DNA of 64,000 nt, taken from Phoronis australis. Its lineage: Eukaryota; Animalia; Phoronida. This document shows positions 30,101-58,011 of the stretch, in pieces (the first letter of the stretch is position 1; each line of letters opens with the position of its first letter). The position numbers and the translations under genes are program-made. The stretch is from the NCBI GenBank assembly GCA_002633005.1, contig NMRA01000291.1, positions 326,825-390,824 on the forward strand, written 5' to 3'. The notes beneath the pieces are model-generated. The model was given only the letters and a program-made list of their open reading frames with translations. It searched no databases and was not told the DNA's origin.

Positions 30101-32342
30101 AGCCTCGCAAGTTCTGTTGACCAAGCGTGTGGGTGTGTGAAATATCGGGAAACTGGGGAGAACAGCAAGAATGGACGTAGAAATTGTGACAACTGGGACT
30201 CCCAGACTTTTTATAGCTTGAGGGTCCCCAGGGGGGAACTTAAACATGTAACTGGCTGTATCTTAGTGAAATGCCTGAGACTACAATGCTTACCATTGCT
30301 GGTGCATTTCTCATCGCAGGTGTTTTGCAAGCAACTATTACATGCTGTGAGAGTGTTTTCAACAGTTCTAAATTTGTCATATAAAAGTAACATTCTGAAA
30401 AAAGAATGACATCTCAAGAGCCCAAAAATCAACCTGAAAAGCAATCAGTATAAATGTATACATCTATCTTTCATACCACTAATAAAAACCCATATCATTT
30501 TCCTGTTGAAGATCTTGGATTGCTCCACCACCATATGGCTCATGCAATATACACATTGGAGGCGCTTTAAGACATTTGATTGGTGTATAAGCCAGAAGTC
30601 ATGACCAAAAATCGCCCATGTGCAGCACAGCATACTGTCTTGTGAAATCCCTTGTTTACATAAAGTGAAAAAGAAACACAAACAAATGCTGATTTATGGA
30701 CTCAACAGCATGCAGCACATGACACAAAGTTCAACAGCACTGTACAACAAAGTATTGTCTGGGTTTACAAGTGCACATGACTAGGTGTAATGTATCTAGA
30801 AAGCTGCAATAACTGCTGATTTGGCGATGCATCAGGGATGCCCCTATCCAGAAGTAATCATGTTAAAACTACCCTATCATATAGCCAGCCAGCAGATGTC
30901 CATATCGAGATAACTACCTAGATGTGAATTGTTGGCTACATGTTAATTTTTGAACAATGTTTATAGCCTAAGACTGTATAAATCAATGCAGGAGCTGAGC
31001 ACAATGGATGTCAGTAAACAAGAAACGATAATGTATTGATTAGCAGCTGTCTCCAATCAATCACACAGCAGGGTTAGTGATCACTGATGAATGGCTGAAA
31101 AGGATACATCCGTAATGACCCGTGTTTGTTCCCGATGGCCAGTAAATTCTGCACAGGATCGTAAGCCATTGCTGTTGGCCTGTGAGGGAATCCATGGCGA
31201 ACAGTCTACAAGAGAACAAGGTTTGCAGACATCTGTGTTCAAGTATGACAAAATATAGGGCATCTTTTCAGCTAAAATGCGTGTGCTTCACGATGTCCAA
31301 AATATTTACAAAGCTTTAAACGACGATAAAAAATTGGACAGGTCAAAAACATTGCCAATGTGAGTTCCACACTACAATTGTAGAAACCAATGTTATCTTT
31401 TCGTGTAACAATATCAATCATATTTAAGTCATAATTCACTGTTAGAATAATATAATTAATTTTGTCACCCACACAACATCTTTAATGCAATCTCAAACAC
31501 GAGCTTCAACAAAAGTGGGTTAAGATTTACCTAACCTTAAGCAATGTCTGGAAAACTGTCACAGGTTTCTTTTTTTGAAATGCGCATATCAGAGCATCTT
31601 TGAGACACAGCAACCGTACGACAAGAAGGGTAGGGTCAAAAACAACAAAAACAGTATTGTGAAGGTTAATTTCAACAAAAATTACAGAGGCAAACCTATA
31701 CAATGTCTTAGTCCCCCTACTTATTTAAAAATTAACCTGGAGGTATTAAACTTAGGACAAGTAAATGACTAACCTAATATTTGTGATGAACTACACTTTA
31801 TAGTTTATATGCAATCAGTTAAACTGACACTGACAGCACTGTGCAAAAATTAGAGAACGAAATAAAATTTGAAAGCACTGCATGAATATGCAGTGACAAA
31901 ATACCACAGCCTCTGCAAAATAAAAAAAATGTCTTCATATTTCACTGACTAGCTGTGCATCGTCCTGTCTGCTGGTAGATAATGTTAATGAATGAAACTC
32001 AAATCTCGATACTGTCAATGTCAACGTGTTCAACAATTAGGATTCAGACAAAGTCAAGGAAAAGACAGACAGTTTCTCCAGTTTGCATTCAGTTATTGCA
32101 ACTGAAAGAGGTGTATTTTTCAAGTTCCACTGCAAGCATATTGTAAAGTTTAGTTAACATTGTTAAATGCAGACGAACAAAATCCGATTGACTCCTTAGT
32201 GAAAACGTATTGGAACACCTACCTTGCATACATAAAAATTTTCAGGTCGCAAAGTCTCTATAATCTCTGTTTCTGATTTCTGTGGCGGGCCACCAGATGC
32301 CCTGACTCCATCCAACAATCCTCTAATCTTAGAAGTTATCAT
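104..32342 (-). CDS. STXBP5: Tomosyn / syntaxin-binding protein 5 (Lgl/tomosyn WD40 family), 5' part: coding exons 1-9; the gene continues beyond the left edge
   Basis: Exons 32223-32342, 31108-31205, 12878-12959, 12266-12366, 11853-11987, 6399-6462, 5836-5919, 1431-1554 and 104-179 join in frame through GT-AG introns. The product reads MITSKIRGLLDG..ENFYVCK/TVRHGFPHRPTAMAYDPVQNLLAIG../FGRPGV../GALITICSDDTLNLWN../CHLPFQSKWLYVGTERGN../HPGPVVHLSDNP../LLIGFESG../WHHEGKQFMCSHTDGSL../CKPINKVEW, colinear with the vertebrate tomosyn N-terminus as I recall it. STXBP5 and STXBP5L cannot be distinguished; this is probably a pro-orthologue. Confidence 0.95.
736..912. repeat. 58-bp tandem repeat, about 3 copies
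   Basis: unit tgattggtcaggatg..atatagaattcactgtttccattccactagcaa starts at 736, 794 and 852. Confidence 0.9.
1431..1554 (-). CDS. STXBP5: tomosyn exon 8 (ALKSCCWHHEGKQFMCSHTDGSLTTWNCKQPAKPVAVNMPH)
   Basis: 124 nt; CAG acceptor, G|GTATGC donor; lies within ORF 1321-1560. Confidence 0.95.
1683..1910. mobile_element. MITE-like inverted-repeat element
   Basis: arm ggtttgacggtcattcttaaaactgatgtatgtcgagtac (ends 1750) versus gtactcgacatacatcagtttgagaatgaccgccgaacc (starts 1827); outer boundaries approximate. Confidence 0.6.
4392..4537. repeat. 13-bp minisatellite (ATATGCACATTTT)n, about 11 copies
   Basis: directly visible. Confidence 0.95.
5836..5919 (-). CDS. STXBP5: tomosyn exon 7 (LLIGFESGCVVLWNLKGKTAEHRYQCTE)
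   Basis: 84 nt; phase 0-0; LLIGFESG motif. Confidence 0.95.
6399..6462 (-). CDS. STXBP5: tomosyn exon 6 (SRKTHPGPVVHLSDNPMDPTK)
   Basis: 64 nt; TAG acceptor, GTAAGT donor. Confidence 0.95.
7406..7643 (+). mobile_element. tRNA-derived SINE with target-site duplication
   Basis: A-box-like TGGCCTGGTTG; B-box GGTTCAAGTCC; T-rich tail; flanked by ataacccatactg (7393-7405) and ataacccacactg (7644-7656). Confidence 0.78.
7776..7922. other. Assembly gap (147 N) flanked by near-identical blocks of about 371 bp (7405-7775 and 7923-8294)
   Basis: the blocks differ by 3 substitutions and one homopolymer indel. Confidence 0.95.
11853..11987 (-). CDS. STXBP5: tomosyn exon 5 (LTYCHLPFQSKWLYVGTERGNVHVVNLESFILSGYVINWNKAIE)
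   Basis: 135 nt; lies within ORF 11849-12112; highly conserved tomosyn motif. Confidence 0.97.
12266..12366 (-). CDS. STXBP5: tomosyn exon 4 (GALITICSDDTLNLWNYLQKCPKIVNTLKFQRE)
   Basis: 101 nt; AG/GT boundaries; phases fit both neighbours. Confidence 0.95.
12878..12959 (-). CDS. STXBP5: tomosyn exon 3 (FGRPGVDRHIWHEEDVAITQILFMVNE)
   Basis: 82 nt; preceded by U12 branch site TTCCTTAAC and AG; donor GAG|GTAAGT. Confidence 0.95.
13413..13521. mobile_element. small inverted-repeat (MITE-like) element
   Basis: termini cacttgatgatcc ... ggatcatcaagtg, with inner tagagc/gctcta. Confidence 0.5.
16924..16987. repeat. (AATAC)n / (ATTAC)n microsatellite
   Basis: directly visible. Confidence 0.9.
18290..18423 (+). 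mobile_element. 3' end of a Helentron/HINE-like non-autonomous repeat; related segment at about 25595-25732
   Basis: caaactttcatg..agatagc, then a GGAT/GACA microsatellite, then a short hairpin (atgcgcccgc..gtgggtacat) before an A-run; the family assignment is inference. Confidence 0.4.
19281..19600. repeat. Diverged tandem duplication of about 160 bp, followed by a segment (19610-19700) shared with two copies at 39352-39570
   Basis: ggaaac.gaatcttac..ca.tga.gaatcttacaa..atcggttttac..gggattac occurs twice; cttcttgaa(g/a)ttatta..cta..aaaca.c.aaa shared with the 39.4-kb copies. Confidence 0.65.
31108..31205 (-). CDS. STXBP5: tomosyn exon 2 (TVRHGFPHRPTAMAYDPVQNLLAIGNKHGSLR)
   Basis: acceptor ttctcttgtag; 98 nt; U12-type donor GTATCCTTT; not in the ORF-track frame. 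Confidence 0.95.
32223..32342 (-). CDS. STXBP5: tomosyn coding exon 1 (MITSKIRGLLDGVRASGGPPQKSETEIIETLRPENFYVCK)
   Basis: ATG at 32342 (aaacATG); 120 nt; donor AAG|GTAGGT; resembles the tomosyn N-terminal VLDGL..EI.ETL..E.F..CK motif. Confidence 0.88.
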
Positions 32343-32958
32343 GTTTGGTCGTTTTTCGAGATCGCAGGGCTCAAATCGGGGCACTTTTTAGCCATACCTT
32401 GCTCGAAGATTCCCATTCACCGAAAAAATAATAAATATCACATGTGAATTGTGGGTAATTTCTTGGAGCCCGGATGAGGGAAGCGAGTCGTTTGCAAAAT
32501 ATAAAATTTGTTGTACCGTTTATTTGTAACATATTTCTTTTTAAATCTAAAATATGACTTAACTACATAATATTAGAATTTTTTGCATGTTAAAAATATT
32601 TTTGAATTTCAGCATAGACCTTTTACTTTTATTTATTGAAGTTAATATATTATTTTAGCAATTGACATTCACTGTTTCAGACGAAACCTACTCACACACA
32701 CATGTCTGCAACAGTGTAAATTTGTGTTATTCCTCACGTAAGCCAAGCCAGTGACAGTGGTTTATTGGTTGCTACGTGGAGTGCAGTTTTCAGATCTTGC
32801 TTGCATCTGGATAAACAACACTTTGAAGGTAATATACGCTGATCAGGAATATCCATAATCTTATAGTACTGTAGTGACGAAATGAACGCGGACTTCTTCA
32901 AGTTCAATGAGTAGTGTTGACATGACACATTTGCAGGGCACTGACTGGTCGGATATAG

Positions 32959-33042
32959 CGGTCCCTGATTTCGAGAACCAGGCAGTCACTGAAAAGTGGG
33001 CCCGTTATTCAGTGATTGCCTGGTTCTCTAAATCAGGGACCG
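32959..33042. repeat. 84-bp near-perfect palindrome
   Basis: 42-bp arms centred on ggg|ccc with 5 mismatches. Confidence 0.9.
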
Positions 33043-33089
33043 ACATACAGTGACCTCTGTCTAGCTTTGTAGCTGGACTAGAGGCGGTG

Positions 33090-34034
33090 TAGGCAATGAC
33101 CATCGCCTCTGTTGGCCCGAACCAGCGATGCAGCTCCTATAGGCGCTCTGTACGCCGGAAGCTTTTCGGCGAATTATGCCTCGCACCGACTAAACCATCA
33201 AAGTCGCGTTGTTACAAATACCTTTTGCACATAGAGGAACACCTTAGGAGGTTGTCGATGTGTTTAATTCCTTCCAACTCGAACAAATACTCCCGTTATC
33301 AAACTTTTTCTTCGAGCAGTCAATATTTCAGTTCCCAAAATCGTGAACTCAACATTTTCACTCGGCGCACGCCAAAAGATTCTTTTAACCAGGCCGAAGG
33401 TCAGAAGTTGCGGTCCTACCGGCGAACTTTGAAAGCTGAAGTTCCCGCCCTTTGCGTAAGTGCTGCCGGGAACCAGCCGTGCATTTGCCGTGTTGTTAAA
33501 CATTAAAATGTCAAATATGTGCACAAATACTATTAAATGTCATATCAACAGCATTTATTTTTATCAAATACAAACAGTAATTCATTGAAATACAATCAGT
33601 TTCAAGTAACGCCAATTAAAGACAAGTATAAGTGGTGGCATTTTGGAAACGAAGATTTGACGGACAAGACCGCAATGGTTCACCTTTAGCCTATTTAAAG
33701 ATTGAGGTCATGAAGTCACATCACCTAGCGAGCGCGGTAAAAATTGGAGCGTGCGCAGTATAAAAATGGTGAGTTCACAATTTTGGGAACTGAAATAGGG
33801 ACTGCTCGAAGAAAAAGTTTGATAACAGGAGTATTTGTTCGAGTTGGAAGGAATTAAACACATCGACAACCTCCTAAGGTGTTCCTCTATGCGCAAAAGG
33901 TATTTATAACAACGTGACTTTGATGGTTTAGTCGGTGCGAGGCATAAATCGCCGAAAAGCTTCCGGCGTACAGAGCGCCTATAGGAGCTGCATCGCCTCT
34001 GGTTCCGGCCAACAGAGGCGATGGTCATTGCCTA
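33090..34034. mobile_element. Mutator-like (MULE/foldback) non-autonomous element, 945 bp, TIRs of about 280 bp, 9-bp TSD
   Basis: arms about 33090-33372 and 33747-34034 are reverse complements; GAGGCGGTG at 33081-33089 and 34035-34043. Explains the paired ORFs 33096-33506 (+) and 33708-34028 (-). Confidence 0.8.
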
Positions 34035-34558
34035 GAGGCGGTGAAGCTCCTACAGACACGTTATACGCCGGAAGCTTTTCGAATTTTGGCAAATTATGCC
34101 TCACACTGATTAAAATATCAAAGTCACGTTCTTTTAAGTAGCTTTTGCTCATAGAAGGACACCTAAGGAGACTGTCGATGTCATTAAAGATGTATTCGCA
34201 TGCTCCTAAGTGGACCTAACAGTTGGTCATGTATAGACATAGACAACATGTAGCCCCTCGGTTGGCCGGTTAGGGGCTACAATACTTCCCATCGCTTTCT
34301 GTATTAATTTCGTACCGTGTAAGTGAAATCCGCTCACCGATTTAGAGTTTTCACCTCGTCAAAAGTACATTCTACATTTAAAACTATCGCTTAGAAAAAT
34401 GCTCACTTTCTTCAGTGGTCCTTTCTACTTCTACTCATATCTTCGATGAAACATAGCTACGAGAATTAACGTGAATAGGGTGAAGAATTCCAACTCCACT
34501 TTTTGGCCACAGTTCACTTTTTCACCGCACACGCGGTAACAACAAAGTATTTCAACTT

Positions 34559-34740
34559 AGTCACGTGAGTTAGGCAAAGGCTATCGTGAGACTGAGCGAA
34601 GCGCCTGATGCTGGCGCGTAACACTTGCAAAATAGCATTGGAAGATATCAGATGAAATTTGTAAGGTTTGTGTCCTTTGGACTTTTTATCTGTCAACATG
34701 CGTGATTTCATGTAAATTCCTCAAAATGGCGTCTGGTACG
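34559..34740. promoter_or_regulatory. Candidate promoter between the divergent tomosyn and CPOX genes
   Basis: E-box GTCACGTGA (34560-34568); YY1-type CAAAATGGCG (34722-34731) followed by a possible donor TG|GTACGG; locally CpG-rich. Confidence 0.35.
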
Positions 34741-34959
34741 GGGAACTCGAGCAAATGGCAACAGATTCTCATGGATATGTTCAAGTTATGCTGACTAAAT
34801 TCTATCCTGAGTCATGGTATGTGTTAATTATAACTCCATGTGCCTATACGCATGTTTCATTCGATTTTATTTGTTGTATTTTGAAATGAGTAACTTTTTA
34901 TTGGCATGTACTATCGCCCCTGTATGCCTGCCGCATTCAGGGTGATGTAATTGCCTAGT

Positions 34960-35356
34960 GTAGACAGTGACCACTCTCTCTCTGGCTGGCTCAATAGAGA
35001 CTGTGTAGATTCTATAGACGCTTCATACGCCGGAAGCTTTTTGGCGAATCATGCCTCACATCGACTAAAACATCAAAGTCACATTGTTATAAATACCTTG
35101 TGCACATAGAGGGACACCTTAGGAGGCCGTCGATGTCCTTAATTCGTTCTAACTTGAACAAATACTCCCATTATCAAACTTGTTCTTCGAGCAGTTTTTG
35201 TTCAGTTCCCAAAATCGGCAAATGGTTATTTTTTACATTACACGCGGCAGGTGGTATAACATCATCTCCTAGCGTGCGCAGTGTAAAAATGGCCAGTTAC
35301 CAATTTTGGGAAATGAACGAAGGACTGCTTGAAGAAAAACTTTGATAACAGTATTA
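34960..35356. mobile_element. Older diverged copy of the same foldback family; a further partial copy spans 33046-33089 plus 34035-34188
   Basis: shared core tacgccggaagcttt..atgcctc.cac.gactaaa.catcaaagtc; partial inverted arm at 35270-35356. Confidence 0.75.
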
Positions 35357-36456
35357 TGATGTCAAGACCTTAAGGCTTGTTGAGGAACAAGTTGGTTGTC
35401 CTGTTGGAAGAATACAAGACTTTTCAGTTCTCACAGAACAAATTATAGTGAGTGCTTTATTCACTAGGAATTTGGGCTATTTCTGTCATTCTTAATTTTA
35501 CATTTAGTTACACGTGTATTGTTCATCCTTGTTTTGCCATAATAAATCCATTGAACATGTTACCGTAGTAATCTTGATAAGATGGATGATACAGTATGTA
35601 ACTTAAATCTTCGTCATGTTGGTTATGCAGGTCCTTCTCTGTGTACTCAGCCCATTATCAACTAAACTACAGAGTTTAACTACAGTTAATAGGGTCACAT
35701 CACCATGCCTTGTAGTAAAATTTAGCAAAAACAGAGTTACATTGAATACAATGGCATTGGTAACATGACCATATTTTATTTGATATAAATGTTCAAGCTG
35801 TGAGCTCGAAAATGAAATTTCAGTTTTCTTATCATTTTGTTTTCGTTTTTTGCAGTTTTTTTTTTTTAGTTTTTTCATTAAAATCATCGAATTCCTATGT
35901 TCAAGATGTAATCTCAAAAACAACATTTCAGTTTTCTAATTATCATTTAGTTTTTGTTTTTTGCAGTGTTTTAGTTTAAAATCATCGAGTTCCTATTTTT
36001 TGATAGACCATGATTTAAAAGTGCAGTAATTTAGACTAGATGTTAACAACATTTTGGAGAAAATTGCATTTAAATCATAGTGTCTGTGAAAGTTTCATAT
36101 GAATCCAATAGCCATTTCTGAGATATGATGTTCTGAAGCCAAATTTGAACATTTTTCTATGGTTCTACACATTAAACTTAAATATTTTAGATGTTATGTA
36201 CATATGTGTGGTCATGAAGACATTATTTATGATCGACACGTGTCCCAAATAATAATAAATGATACGTACGTCACATGCTCGTTACCAGAGATGAAAAGGA
36301 AACCGTGGTAGGCAATATAAGATCATTTATTACGACTAATACAATTATAAGTAATAGATAATGAATAAAAATAAGTAAAATACAAAATATATAATCTCTG
36401 GACATTATGTTTCCTCATTGCGTTTTTTAAGCTTTTAGAATTGCGCTGACACGGTT

Positions 36457-53803
<17,347 letters not shown>

Positions 53804-56762
53804 TCTCCCTTCGCAAGGTGAGACACTTGATATTCAGTTTGGAGGATTCCTTAACTTGTGTCCAGATATATCACCTGTGTTCTGTTTGCTCAGTCCAGTC
53901 TGTAAACTTGTTAACATTTCTGCAGCCTTCTGAATGTGAACTTTGTGGTGTAGTAATCTGTTGGGAGCACAGTTGTACCCAATGATGAAAGTTTTGTCTA
54001 GAAAGCATTGTAAGTTACAGTATTTCATCTATTAGGCCTAAAATCATAATTGGTTTTGGTCTGTTTTTTTAAATCGAGTCGGTGGTTTAGTAATTGTCTT
54101 TGGTTGCTCACTTTTTCAAACAAGAAGATCCACCTGATGTGAGCAAAAATGATGCAAGACTTGATGTTTTTTTTTTGCTTTACTCTGTTCTAACAAGTTT
54201 CAGGTGTGGAAGGGCCAGTAGCACTTGTGCCAGTGGTTGAAACATTCTCTTTTTATTTCCGTTGATGACGGCAAACATGGAAATGGTCACAATCTAGCAT
54301 GTTGCCAATTGGTGATCAAAAATTGTCTTTAAGAATAGCAGATTTTCACCAAAAGTTTCTGTTACCTTCAGAATAGTGTTTGATGTACAGAATTTTGGAG
54401 CAAACACTGTGACATATTGCGCCCAGGAGCATTAGACTTGACTGCCTGCAGACAAGCCATAACCATGCAACACTTCACTAAAATGATAGTTCAACTAGTA
54501 CTTAGATGTCAGGAGGCAAGTTTTGAACTGCATGCTCTTGCAAGCCTTATTACATGCTGCCATCAAGGTACGGATAGGGAAGCAATAACAACCATTGGGC
54601 TCCAGAATGATAAGAATCAGAGCTAAGTGGGATAAAGTAATTTGTTATATGCAAGAGGCATAAGTGCTAATGTAACCTGCACGTCGTATTAGTTGTGCCA
54701 AGTACTGCAGTATTTTATACCACCATGATGGTAATCATTGTCAGTACGTTGCAATTTGAGAGCCTAAACCAAACTCTGCAGACTTTTTGAGCACTTCCCA
54801 GTGCATGTTTTACAGGTAGCTGCATTGCTTGATGAATCATAGCATATCAAACTTTGCTCACCTTTGCTTATGTACGTTTGTGCAGGTTTTTGTGAAAAAA
54901 AAATGACTTGCTGAAATTATTCAGTGAACGCAGGTCTCGGAGTGAGTCGTGGGACATATCAGAACTAAGTATGGTTTTTTGGTATTACGCACGCTTCATT
55001 TGCTAGCGTGAAACTTTCCTTTCCTGTCTTAGGAATCAAACAGCTAGGATTTGTGTGATCATGGGTTTAATTCCTAAGTCCGTTCAAGCAAGTTCTTTAT
55101 CCTGGCAAATAAGGCCTATGCAATAGGCGAAAACTGAAGTGCTTTCCAGGTAGAATTTGCACCATTGAACCTATGTCCTTAGGTTGCATTAGTTTTGACA
55201 ATGAATGTGTCTAAAAAATATTGTGATTTTGGGAACTTTGGAGTTCCTCATTTATGATCGTCCTTACGGTGGAATATGGCTTTGTAATCTTGTATGTCCT
55301 TCAGCGACTGTTTTCTTCTGCAAAGTGCTTTGTTTCATTGCATATTAGCCTTCATGGCATTCATAGTCATGTGATAAGTTTGATGTGCTTGGTACAGTCA
55401 TCTTTCAACCAGCCAGTCAGTGCTTAACTGTTTGTTTCTTAAGTGCAGTCGCATGCTTGAGCACGATGCTTCCGTTTCTGCAGGTAAACTCATTTCCTGC
55501 TTTCCCTGGCTTCTCTGCTAGAGACCCTCATTTTCTGGACGGAATTCGCTGAGTCTAATTTCTTACTCACAATTTGAGGTTTCGAACAGAATTCTTGTTT
55601 TTCAATAATAGATACCATATAGTTGTAATGTCTTTGGTTTTTAATTATGAAAAATAATTCATACTGAAAATACATAAAATTGTAAAATTCTGGAAACAAA
55701 ACAATCGACAACCTTTCATATGACTGGCAGAAACGCTAACAGTTTCGCAAGTTGAATGCTGGCGAAAATGTTAGCATTCTAGCCAGACAGACAAGCTGTC
55801 CACTGAGGGTAATTTTGTCAGCATTTAGATTATTTCCTCAACACGGAAGTTGCTTGTAAGTTTGTCAAGGTGATATATTTATTGAAGAGTACACAGAACA
55901 TACAAGGAAAATAATGACTAACCCAGAATTCCCGAAGCATTATATCTCGGTTGTAGACAGATGAAAGTAGTATAGAACTATATACATGTAACTAGAATAT
56001 AAGTAGTTTCAAATATTTAGATGTGCCATTACGATAACTGATGGTATAACATGCTCACTCTATGCCATGAATTGACTGATATGACGATAGAACAATGACC
56101 TCCTACCCTGTGCTTGCGCGTCCTTTGAAGTAAGCGGTCTGGCAACAAAAATGCTAGGGAAAGTGTCAGTAGTTTTGGAGTGACTCAAATCTCAAGCAAA
56201 GTGTCAGCAAACGTGACCCTTGTTACCGTTCGCATTACTGGCATTTTTGCTGCTACCTTACGTGTTAGTGGAAACACTTCTAGCACTTAAGCTGGCGTGT
56301 CAACGAGGTGTTTGTGAATGTGGCACTCTTCTTTTTGGGTTTTTAGAAATAATAGACGTGGCGTGCAGCAAGTTATTAGAGAAACAGAGTAGCAGCGTGA
56401 TATAGCAGAGAAAGTAAGGCGTTTCCCGGGTCATGTTTTTGTAATTCATTTTGAAATAGTTATGGTGAATTTGATCAATTTTTATCTGTATCATGTTCTT
56501 GTGAAAAGCTGCTTTTTCTCCTTATCCTGGATTTTAATTTAAACCCTTCGCACCATGGTCATAATTGCTTGGATTTGGTTACCAACAATTTTGGTTTGAT
56601 GTTTTAAGCATTTCCTCTTCAATTTGTGTACGTACCTTCAATCAAGAAATAAACACAAGAATTAAAATAATAAAATTTGTGTGACGTCATCAGTGGATGT
56701 GTTGTTCTACACCGGCTGCAAGCCATAGTGGTCTCGAAAACTAGTGAGTTCGACTGAGTGTT

Positions 56763-57025
56763 ATGAAAAGCTCATGTGCGGAGGATGCTGTAATAGCAAT
56801 CGGTCAGATAAGATTTCAGTTTTTGCATTTCCAAGTAACCCTAAGATTGCCCAGAAATGGCACAAGTACGTGCGTCGGACACTGATATGGCAGTATACAG
56901 TGGGGCATGTGATCAGTTCAGGAGACACGCTGTGCTCAGGCCATTTTGAAGAATCGGGCTTTGATCCGTCATGTAAACGGAGATTTGATGAAGGTTTCCC
57001 CAGCGTGCAAATGTCTTTGAAGTGA
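56763..57025 (+). pseudogene. THAP-domain fragment of a DNA transposon (Kolobok, Harbinger or P type)
   Basis: GGCCN..SVFAFP...W..YVRR...LCSGHFE..F is a C2CH THAP pattern; the ATG at 56763 (MKSSCA) needs a frameshift to join it; inverted motif gtgacgtcatcagtgga (about 56681) / tccactgatgacatcac (about 58186); Kolobok-like end ..cgctTTAA at 58360. Confidence 0.7.
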
Positions 57026-57647
57026 AAAAGTGTATGGTGTTTTGTCATTGCTGGGAATGTAGTTGTCAGGCACGTATTGAGTAAGAGCCTCACCATCAAA
57101 TTGTGACTGAGATAATGAATGTGATTGCAATAGGCCTAAGTTTGCATTAGTCAGTCTATTCTTGTTCAAGATTTTATGGTAATGCGTGTTATCCACATAT
57201 ATGTCAGTGCCCAATAGTAGAAAATGCGGTCATAGTTTGAGATCACGACCGCAGCCAGCACAAAGGCTGGAGTCGGACACTTGACCGAAATAATCGAATC
57301 ACAACAGTACAAAGCTTTCATATAGACAAGTCAAAAACGAGTATCGAAATCCAGTTAGCATAATCTTTCTCTCAAAGTTACTCTGCTTTCAAAGAAATTT
57401 AATCAGTGTTTGCTATTCGCGACTGGGCTTTGACAGTCAGGGTAAAAACTTTGTTTAGATTTAGTTGGATGCACATACTACTTGACATTAAAGAGGTTAG
57501 AAAATTAAATTGTCATTCAATAAAATTCTTTAATTGCCACTGTGAAATCAGTCTGCAGACTGAGTAGGCTCCGACTCGGCTTCCTTGCTGGAGACGCCGG
57601 TGCCGGAGAGTTCGTACGGCCTTAAGCACGCTAAGTCTTCCGATATG

Positions 57648-58011
57648 TATCAAATAAACACAGAAAAATCAGGAACCCCAACTGGGAATCGAACCACAGG
57701 TCTCTAGATTGCCGGTCTAGTGCTCTCACCACTGAGCTACTGAGGACCCGATATCTGTGCGATTGCTATTTACAGCCAACCGTTAAGTTACACATCACAT
57801 GAGCGGCGTTTCGCATTTTTCACACGGGATTTAGACAATTATATGTACAATCAGCAACTTACCAGATATCGGGTCCTCAGTAGCTCAGTGGTGAGAGCAC
57901 TAGACCGGCAATCTAGAGACCTGTGGTTCGATTCCCAGTTGCGGTTCCTGATTTTTCTGTGTTTATTTGATATATTTCACTACTGTCCAACCTCAGCGTC
58001 TATAAATTTAC
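57648..58011. mobile_element. Element with two back-to-back tRNA-like units (113-bp inverted arms) and a 12-bp TSD
   Basis: arms 57645-57757 and 57863-57975; TCTTCCGATATG at 57636-57647 and 58012-58023. Confidence 0.8.
57874..57946 (+). tRNA. tRNA-like pseudogene or SINE head, anticodon GGC (Ala); mirror copy on the minus strand at about 57674-57746
   Basis: D arm TAGCTCAGTGGTGAGAGC; anticodon stem CTAGA/TCTAG around the loop CCGGCAA; B box GGTTCGATTCC; TTTTT at 57952-57956; acceptor and T stems imperfect. Confidence 0.5.

Larger units (their letters stand above)
12960..31107 (-). other. U12-type (minor spliceosome) GT-AG intron, tomosyn intron 2, 18148 nt
   Basis: 5' splice site GTATCCTTT (31107-31099); branch site TTCCTTAAC (12978-12970) about 10 nt from the AG (12961-12960); no polypyrimidine tract. 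Confidence 0.93.

Noticed and set aside
33096-34028. Paired 'MTIASVG..' ORFs on opposite strands as duplicated genes
   Set aside because: They are translations of the two TIRs of one element; there are no splice signals or protein motifs, and older copies break the frame.
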